A stretch of 64,000 nucleotides of DNA from the human T2T-CHM13v2.0 reference genome, Homo sapiens, in the NCBI RefSeq assembly GCF_009914755.1, contig NC_060932.1; one strand, written 5' to 3'. How positions within the stretch are numbered: position 1 is the first letter of the stretch; every line of letters begins with the position of its first letter. The notes beneath the pieces were generated by a model. That model saw only the letters and a list, made by a program, of their open reading frames with translations, did no database searches and was not told the DNA's origin. The translations under genes and the position numbers were made by a program. Below are positions 54,761 through 64,000 of the stretch, piece after piece.

Positions 54761-56187
54761 CATTTTTTTTGGTTGAATATTATGTGTTTATAGACAAGAA
54801 ATGGTCACTAAAGCAAAATAACTGAAAATTATCTTAGAATATGAAGGCAACTGATGTTTTTGAGCACCTGCTATATGCCTGGCTCTATGCTTAAGACTCT
54901 CTTATGTCATTAATCTTCAGAGCAAACCTCTGGAGTTTTTAAAGGGTATGTAATAGAAGTTCGAGGGATGTTATATAACTTGGTCAAAGTTATACAGCTG
55001 CTCAGCAGAGAAGACAGAATTTGAAATTAGGTCTTTTGAATAATGATAATAATAATGATAGCTTCCATTATGGAATACTTAACTCATGCCATTCGTACTG
55101 TACTAAGTGCTTCATGTGGAGTAATTTAAACTAGTCATCACAACCATCCTATGAAATGAATAATATGATTTTACAGATGAGGAAGCTGAGGCCCAGAGAT
55201 GGTAAGTATTCTGACCAATGCCATATAGCTCTTAGGCTCGGCTTTCCCTGCTTTATTCCAGTCTCTTTTAGGATTCATATTTAAGATGGTATGTGTTGGG
55301 TTGCACATCTTTGGTATGTAAGTCACGACACTTCTAGGAAGCTTGGTTCTTCACTGGCCTGGCTACAAAACAGTAGTTTCTGTAGGTGAAGATTTAAGAA
55401 GGGATTGCAATCATTTTTCTTTGTTTCAGTCCTCCAGTTCTGTAATTATTTCCTAGGAAGTTTGTTTAGAACCCCATTCCAGAGAATCCCTGGGTATTTG
55501 AAATGTGTTTGCACCCATTTAATCAAGTTTTCCTGAAAATGCAGCATCTTGGTTTTGACTGTTTGTGCTCTGATTTTATAGGCTTAATCTAATGGTTTGA
55601 TTCCAGATTCCCAAAGCACTGCTTTTGATTTGAAAGGATAATTTTTGCATTGCCTATAGAAGTTTGCATTTTACAATAATTTTAAAAGAAGGTACCTCAA
55701 GTTGCAAATATGGCCTAATATAAACCTTGCTTCACTACTTCCATCAGTATCATTTCTCTTTAGAGCTGCATCTCATCATTTTCTCTTCTCTTCCAATATG
55801 TTTTATTATAAAATCAGACACATTAACTATTTCTCAGTACACTGTCACCTCCAACTTCACCATAGAAGTCTCTGTGAGTCTTATTTATTCTCATTCTCTC
55901 TCACTCAGACACAACGCACAGCAACACATGTACACACATGCACCCACATTTAGGGTTAAGAAACTTCTATGAAGAGGTTTGGTGTGCTGTGATATCAGAC
56001 CTCAAAAAAAAAAATTTCTAGAAGTCACTCTTTTCCCTCATCTTAAAGTGAAAAAGCTCTAGATTATCTTCTATGAAACATCTATGAGAACAGGTGATGA
56101 CTCACTCAAAAGATGGGTTACCTTTATGAAAAGTGTAGAATTTCTCATGAGGACAATGGGCCAGAGTATATGAAATCTGAACTGCTC

Positions 56188-56201
56188 AGGTCACGAGGTC
56201 A
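56188..56201 (+). promoter_or_regulatory. Perfect nuclear-receptor DR2 element (AGGTCA-CG-AGGTCA)
   Basis: Exact motif outside any Alu. Binding not shown. Confidence 0.45.
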
Positions 56202-57289
56202 CTAGATCTCTCTCTCACATAAATGATTCGGGACAGCCCACCTCTTTCAGCGGTAGCCATTAAAATTGGTCTTCTCTCTCTCTCTTTTTTTTCTTATAAT
56301 ATGTATAATCTTTTTTTTTTTAAATTTTACTTTAAGTTCTGGGCTCTTCACTGGCTTCCTTTTAAAGGGGAACTTGTTGTACATAGGCCTGAACTCTCGT
56401 CATCTTTTAGACTGGAAACGTCAGCTCTCAGGTACCAGGAATGGGGTGGGATGACAAAGGGCATTGGGCCCTGGACACTCCTCAGTTTGAGAACTAGCTC
56501 ATGACACCAGCCTTTCAACTGTGTTTACCGCTAAAGGTGTATGTTGACTTTCCAAGTGGTACGTGTGTGCAGAAATTGATTTTAATCAATTTCTGATCTT
56601 TGCTTGTCTTCCATTTGTATTTTTTTAATGCTCTCTGAGAACTCACCTGTATTCATATTTACCCCTAAGTAGAATCTTATTCTGGTGGATTGTCCCAGAG
56701 TGTAAACACCTCTGTGACCAAACAAAGTCATAAATAGAAATATTGTTTTAGAGAAGCCTAATTAAAGTATCTCAAATTGGTGAGGATTTTCTATCTTGCC
56801 CTGTTTTGTACATATTTCCATTTAGGGTAGAGCTGAATCTGTATTGAGATGCTCTGAATTCAGAACCTCCAAAATGGTGTAGGTTAATAATTATGACTCT
56901 TTAAAATGTATATTTAATTTTTAATATGGAGTGTTTTCTCAGATTACAAAATTTTTCAAGACACATTTGCCAACACCCTTGGATAAAAGTTATACATGAT
57001 TTCTTTTGGATTTGGTATATTATTGCCTAAGGTAGCAAAAGCCTATTTTATCACATTGTGCAATGAACTATTTACTCTGAATTTTAAAGATTTTCTACCT
57101 ACTATTAAAAATATGCTTTCAAATGTATGATGAAAATTTCAGATTACTACTTAAAATGTGTGAAGAGGTTCATAAGTTTTCTAAGTTATTTTAGGGATAT
57201 GTGAGCAGGAGAAATGGCAGACTACTGATGTGAGACTGTGCTAGAATGTCCAGTGCTCTCTGACCTCCAGGAAGACGGTTGAAGCCTTG

Positions 57290-57459
57290 GTGGAAGTGAT
57301 TCATTGAAGATCTGCCATGCACTTGTATGTGGACAGGTGACTCACTGATGATGTGCCATGCACTTGTACACGAACAGGTGACTCACTGATGGTCTTCTAT
57401 TCTTGTACGTGGAGAGGTGGCTCACTGACCACCTGCCATGCACATGTATATGGACAGGT
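57290..57459. repeat. Degenerate ~41-bp minisatellite, about 4 units
   Basis: Unit approximately TGCCATGCACTTGTATGTGGACAGGTGACTCACTGATGATG. Confidence 0.85.
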
Positions 57460-57588
57460 CCAAATCCAAAAACAAATCATGTGTAAGTTTTATCTCTGGG
57501 TGTTAGCAAATGTATCTTGAATAATTTGGTAGTCGTAGAGAACATCCTATTTAAAAGATTAAACATACATTTGAAAGAGTCAGTATCA

Positions 57589-57885
<297 letters not shown>

Positions 57886-57968
57886 TCAGTATCACTACTC
57901 TGCCCCATTTTGGATGTCCTGATTTTGGAACATCACAATAAGGATCCAGCTCCACCCTAAAAAGAAAT

Positions 57969-58054
57969 ACATACAGAGATGATAATTAGTTATTATCAGT
58001 GACTTTAAAACATACAGAGATGATAATTGGTTATTATCAGTGACTTTAAAACAT
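57969..58054. repeat. 41-bp tandem duplication (1 mismatch)
   Basis: ACATACAGAGATGATAATT(A/G)GTTATTATCAGTGACTTTAAA x2. Confidence 0.93.
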
Positions 58055-59299
58055 TTTCATGAATAACTCTTTTTATATATCCACTTGTTAATAAACTTCA
58101 TTTTCTCTCTATGTTAATATGGCAAAAAAGCCAAACAAACCAATTTTGACTGATATCCTTTTCAAACTTCTTGAAAGTTTTTGTTTATGGCATATCTTGT
58201 TTTATTTATTTCTATTGAGAATATTGGTTCTGATGTAAAATATTTCAATTACCTGCCACATTTGAGGAGCCTAATAAGCACTGTGTAAATTGAAGAAGTG
58301 TAGAACATGGCTTAAAGCCAGGTAGCCCTCATAAATGTAATTTTTACTGTGCAGCTGCATTTATCCTCAGAGGAAGAACAGTACTTGAAATACAGCAGTT
58401 TAGTGACCTGGTTTTTTAAAAAAGCCAAAACAAACAAACATAACACAACACAAAAACTATGCCTAAACAAGGAAAAGTGGAGGATATAATAAAAGGAACA
58501 TGAAAGTAGCTTGCGCTTATAATAGATTTAGAAAGACTAACACCTAAATAAGCTGGGACTTTCAGAACATTCTAGCAACCATGAAAAAGAAGTTAAAAAA
58601 GTGTTGGGAGAAACAGAAGAACCAGGCAGGCCAAACTTGCTGCTTGTAGTGAGGGATGTACTGTAGACAGGTGAGGGAGAAATAAAGGACAGCTTACCTG
58701 TTATTTTCCTTTTGTCTTTTCTGTTTGGGTAGAAAAAATATGAAGAGGAAACTGAAGCCCAAGTAGAAGAAGCAGGACCTATGTGTTCTCAATTAGCTCA
58801 GCAATTCTGGCCAATAACTCTTAGAATCCTATAAAAACTAGAGAATAAAATTGATGAACAACTGTTAGGGCTATTTGAGGATTGGAAATGAGCAAGTAGC
58901 ATTCTAATTTAAAAAAATAAAACATGAAAGTGGTTTCATGAATGCTATAATGTACAAATATTTGTTAAGCATTTACTGGGTCCCAGGCACCATGCTGGGG
59001 CTGTACCAGGGAACTGAGGGACACTGCCCTCACCTTCTTGGAGTGTGCAGTCAGTGGGAGGCACAATGCCGAGTGGTTTGGGAAGGGAAATATAGGGTGC
59101 ATGAGATACTGGTCAAGTGCCCTTTCTAGATATGAGAACCACAGTTTGAATTTCCGGTCAACAGTGTAGAATAGATCATCAAAGCGCTGATTTGGGAAGT
59201 AACGAAGCAGTGGTCACAGGGACTTCCCATGACTTCACCAAGTCACCACCACCAACCCTACTTCTTTCCTTGACAGGGGATAATTTGAAAATCTTTCTT

Positions 59300-59610
59300 T
59301 CATTCGTTCATTCATTCAACAGCACCAAATGAAGAAAGTGTTTTTTAAGCATCTATTATGTTTCAGGAGCTGTTATAGGCACTAGGGATATGGTAGTGAA
59401 CAAAAGGGTTAAAATCCCCGCCCTCTTGGAACTGACATTCCAGCGGTAGATTCAGAAAACAGACAAGATAAAGATAAAATACGTATATGTTAGATGTAGG
59501 TAAGTCCTAAAATGTCAGCAGGATAGAGGGGTTTGAGTTGTTTGTGCAGGAGGTTGCAATTTTATATAGTGTGGCCAAGCAAAGTCTCACCGAGAAGGTG
59601 ACTGTGAAGT
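59300..59610 (-). mobile_element. L2 3' end
   Basis: TTCATTCAAC..AGCATCTATTATGTTTCAGGAGCTGTTATAGGCACTAGGGATA..CTGACATTCCAG. Confidence 0.75.
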
Positions 59611-60519
59611 AAAGAGTAGTATGTCTTAAACATTCAAAATCCTTGGCCATAATTAGTAAACTTGAAAACAGTTTTTGCAGCTTGTTGTGGGAGGCCAATA
59701 ATGTTTTTCAATATAAAATTATGGTATTAAATATGCATTTTCAAATCTACACATTCTCTAGCTTCTCACCATGGGGACTCTGATGTGCCTCCTAGGGTGT
59801 TGTGTCATGCTCCTGAGTTGAAGGGAAGTCACAAAGGTCTCTAAGTTTCCTAAGTCACTGGTCTCGGCCCAGTCCTCTCAGTTTTTTAAAAAATCCATGT
59901 CTTGCATGGAAGCATATAGCAAATCATTACATTTGCGGAGGTCTTAAGTAATAGCAAATACATCACATGATGAGCTCTGAACTTAATAGGACCTTGAGTA
60001 ACAGTTGGTTATCTCTTTGATTTTTAAGTACAGGGAAGGTGTCAGAAGGCTGGAATATTGAAAATGTAGTTTTAAATTCAAAATTAAAGAATTAGACCAT
60101 AACCAACTGACCACTGAGTCAAATATGGCCAAGAATCTGGAGTGTATAAATAAAAGGATGGTTTGTGACTACTCTGAAAAGGAAGCAACATGATGTGGCC
60201 TCCCATGCTGCTCTCGTTCTGTCGCAAGACATGGTTCCCACACTGGCAGAACAGAATCAAAGAGTCTAAAGCAGAGTAATATAGTCACAAAGGCACGTGA
60301 TTTACTGTCAGGGGACCTTGGTTTGGGTCTTAGCTTCACATCTTATTTATGTGGTTAGAAAAAATTGCCTAACCTCTGAAAATCTTAGTTTCATCATATG
60401 AAAATGATGAAAATAATACCTTTATTATAAGTTGCTATCAGGGTCAAGAGAGAGAGAGAGATAAAAGCAATTTGTAAAGCATAAAGTATGAAATAAACAT
60501 CAGTTATTCTAGGTTGGAG

Positions 60520-61262
60520 AAATGTTGCTCAAATGATAGTAGCTACCTAAAGTGCCTATGAGAACTTAACTAACTTAAGGAAGGAGTAGCACCTAGAGCA
60601 AGAGCAGTGATAATTGACATTGTCTTTGACGTGGGAAGAGTCTACCTGAAGGTCTGTAGTTAGGTCTATATTTTTAGAGGTACATAGAAAATTGGATTGT
60701 GACTACAAAGCCTCATGAGAATAGTGAGAAGACTGGATACCATCCCCATGAGGAATATTTGAAGGGATTAATAAGTCTTGAAAGTGGTGATAGTGGTCAT
60801 GGTAGGAGTGAGGTAACCATCTTCAAATAGTTGAGGATTACCAGGTGGTGAAAGGATTTAGTTTGTTCTGTTTAGTTTTGAGGGGTAGCAATCGAGCACA
60901 ATAGATGAATCTAGACTTCTGGTCACAGAAAGACAGGGCTTTTTGATAGAGGTATGGCATGGTTACAGCAGGACCAGAGAAGTCCCCACCAGTGGAGGCT
61001 TCCAACATGGACTAGATATTCACCTGGCAGGGGAGAAAATTCATGGACCAGATGGATGGTTAGGCATCATGACCCCTTACAATACCTTAAAAGCTATTGC
61101 AATAAATATTTTAAAAAGCCATAAGAAGAAATAAAGAGCAATAATCCACAAAAGTGGTGCAAATGAAAACCTAATACAGTATAACAAGTATTTTCTTAGT
61201 ATTTACTATGTATCATAAGTAATCTAAAGTGCCTTCCAACCTCACAAGTCCATCATTTCATG
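60520..61262 (+). mobile_element. L3/CR1 3' end interrupted by a templated insertion
   Basis: CCATCTTCAAATAG, AAGTCCCCACCAGTGGAGG, tail ATGACCCCTT|...|AAAGTGCCTTCCAAC. Highly diverged. Confidence 0.55.
61079..61229 (+). repeat. ~150-bp direct copy of 62621-62785 (internal part of the neighbouring MER2B)
   Basis: Shares ATTTTAAAAAGCCATAAGAAGAAATAAAGAGCAATAAT exactly, and TAGTATTTACT(A/G)TGTATCATAAGTAATCTA. Confidence 0.9.
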
Positions 61263-62559
61263 ACATCGTCTATCTATTTGTTTATCTTTCTATATATCCA
61301 TGTAATATTCATGAACATACTGTACTGTCATCTTCCGGAAGCTCTGTTATGACTGCAGTTTCCCTATTATTTAATCCTGTGTTTAGAAAGGTCATTTAAA
61401 CTGAGATGTAATCTTTAATTTTTTCCCGCCCTGCTTTGGCTGCCTGACTCTTGTCTTAACCATTCATGTGCCTTAGAAACTGCAGACTCCAGAGAGCCTT
61501 CATATTATGTGAAAGGATTTTCCAAGGCCAAGCTAATTGCATTCAATCTTTATCTCAAATGAAAGAACAACTTTGATCTGTCAACTGTGAAAAGTAAACT
61601 GGGCATGACCTTCACTCATCACCAATCATCTCACTTAATGACGTTTGTTAACTTTATTCTGATATTAGATCATGGTCCTTCTTTGTTCTGTCAGAGTTTT
61701 TTCATCTAAAGTCTAACTATTTCCATTTATATGTATAAGGAGAGCTTAGAAGCCCAGTGTGTTGGATATGAAGTTTATTGAAATACATCTCAAATTTTAA
61801 AGACAGTTTGTTGTATTTGCTATTTGCCTAAGAAAGTGGAGAAAATGAAGAGATCGACTTTAAAGTCAAATACACATTAAAGTACTCACTTCATTGCCCT
61901 TGACACCCTGAGCATTTCTTTTGCTGTGCGATTGTGTGTTCTAGCTCAGTTGCTTCTGTTTTACCTTTTCACCCAGAAGGCCCCCAAATGACAATTATTG
62001 CTTCTTAAAGAATACAACTTCAGAGAAGCTGTCACCGTGAATCAGGCTAGACTCAACTTGAAGAAACATCCTGGGATCTGAAATGCTTCAAGTGTTTTAT
62101 GTGATTGAACCTTTTGTTTGCTGAAAAGGTATCAGAGCACCCAAAGCAGGTTATCGTTTCACAGCATGGCAGAGGATAGGCTAATCCATTTTCTCATGAA
62201 CAGTCTGAAATAAGCTAAATATAATTAGCTGTATGACACTTTACAGTAATTCTCAAGTATTTTAGTACCTCTTAAAACATTTTCCTTCAAATTCACATTT
62301 AAAATTTGTAATCCAAACTGATAGTTTAAATATTCAAACCTGTTTATGACATACACAGATAAGAATTAAAATAACCTGGAAACTATTTGGTTAAAATCAC
62401 TGGTCTAGGTAAGAAAACTGTGTCTACTATTAAACTGGAATTGACTCAATCCATACTCATTTACTACCTGATGCCCTTGAACTGTGAGCCGTGTCACTCT
62501 CTCCCTGTCCCATTCATATCAGAAGGCTAAAATAACTTGGACACAGAGTACAGAAAGTG

Positions 62560-62930
62560 TTTGCAGCTTCCCCATCCATGGGTTCAACCAAGAGCAAATC
62601 AAAAATATTCCAGGAAGGAAACAATGCCCTAAAAACTATTGAAATAAAAAATTTTAAAAAGCCATAAGAAGAAATAAAGAGCAATAATAAAAAATCAATC
62701 CCACAAAAAATGATGCAAATAAAAAACTAATACAGCCTAACAAGTATTTACATAGTATTTACTGTGTATCATAAGTAATCTAGAGATGATTTAAAAGTAT
62801 ACATGAGAATATACAGAGGTTATATGCAATTACCATGCCATTTCATACAAAGACTTTGAGCATCCTTGGAATTTGGTATCCAAGGGAGGTCCTGAAACTA
62901 ATCCCCTGCAGATACGCGGGGATGATTATA
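62560..62930 (+). mobile_element. MER2/MER2B TcMar-Tigger MITE
   Basis: CATCCATGGGTTCAACCA..AAAATATTC; AAGTAATCTAGAGATGATTTAAA; GGTCCTGAAACTAATCCCCTGCAGATAC. Confidence 0.85.
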
Positions 62931-63036
62931 CATGTAAAATTCCTCATCCTCTTCTTCCCAATACAGGCTTCTATGACGGGATAACAAAAATGGAAGGGAA
63001 AAAGAAACAACATGTGTTAAATTTATTTTAAAAATT

Positions 63037-63040
<4 letters not shown>

Positions 63041-63072
<32 letters not shown>
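63041..63072. repeat. (AC)16 microsatellite
   Basis: Read directly from the sequence. Confidence 0.95.
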
Positions 63073-63076
<4 letters not shown>

Positions 63077-64000
63077 CTCAAGTAAGTATGTAGGCAGATA
63101 ATTATTTTCATAGCTACATTCCTATATATTGAATCAATTGAATTATTAAAGAATGATATAAATCAAATAAAGTTCCTAATCAATTTTATTTCAATATAGC
63201 ATAAAATTATAAAAAAGCAATAAAGCATTGTCTATCAAATTGCTTTTGTTAGAATGTCCAATGCTTTTTCATTGAATAAACATGAACAAATATAAACTGT
63301 CAGAATTATTATCAGTAATGTGCTGGAAATAATAATCTGCAGTATTGGGGTTAATAACCTGTGGAAGTGACTGGATTTGGTACCTCATTTCTTGAATCTT
63401 CCCAGCACGTCACCAAGAATGACAACAATTTTAGACATTTTGACTTGAAATTAGGCTTGAAAATAGCTACTCTCTTGGGGTGAGTTAACATTTAATGTTG
63501 GGCAAGTAGAAATGACTGCTGATTTTCATTCTTTATGTTAATTCCATGGGGAGGGTGAGCTAGTAAAACATTTGTGTGAGCTGGTCATTATTTGAAATTT
63601 ATTTACCAAAGTGGCTTACGTAATAATCATCCCCGTGCTAAATCAGTCAGTCAACAAGTTTTTATTGAGTCCCCATTGGATTAGAGTAATGTACAGTAAT
63701 GATGTATTCAGTAGTGTACAGATGTATGCAGCAAAGATTAGACATGAGCTCGACCCCCAAGGCCTTACAAGCCATTAGAGGAGACAAACAGACACATATC
63801 ATCAACTGAAATGTAACCAGATGACTTAACTCCCAGGGCATGGAAGAGTAATGGCTGGGCTGGGATTGTTCTGGAGGGTGATGGGATGGGTTAAATGTGG
63901 GAAACTTCCATGATGTAGGTGCCTTGGTCTGGGTTGGGTTGAAGAAAGTTAGTGGCTTGGTAGAGGAGAAAAGCAATTTTGCTTAGTGAATACAGTGTAA

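Noticed and set aside
57290-57459. Regularly spaced repeats as a CRISPR-like array
   Set aside because: The units are degenerate tandem copies without unique spacers; the context is eukaryotic and there are no cas genes.

Overview
This is primate (most likely human or great-ape) non-coding DNA, intergenic or intronic. It is dominated by retroelements and fossil DNA transposons: about 10 Alus, L1PA/L1M fragments, MaLR and MER57 solo LTRs, MIR/L2/L3, and MER2/MER45/MER46/Charlie/Kanga-type elements. I can support no host protein-coding gene, RNA gene or CRISPR array; the only protein-like ORFs are L1 ORF2 remnants. The repeat inventory does not explain a set of locally templated duplications: a ~430-bp inverted copy with mosaic arm identity (28.5-29.5 kb), a ~75-bp MIR fold-back hairpin (50.4 kb), two 150-160-bp direct copies inserted 1.5-2 kb from their donors (41/43 kb, 61/62.6 kb), and a poly(A)-less internal L1 piece with TSD-like flanks (0.4-1.5 kb). 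A repeat-poor block at 21.3-23.8 kb looks regulatory and holds a candidate exon. Repeat subfamily names come from recalled consensus sequences, not from a search, and boundaries of old repeats are approximate. I see no evidence of a new gene system; the best leads are structural or regulatory.
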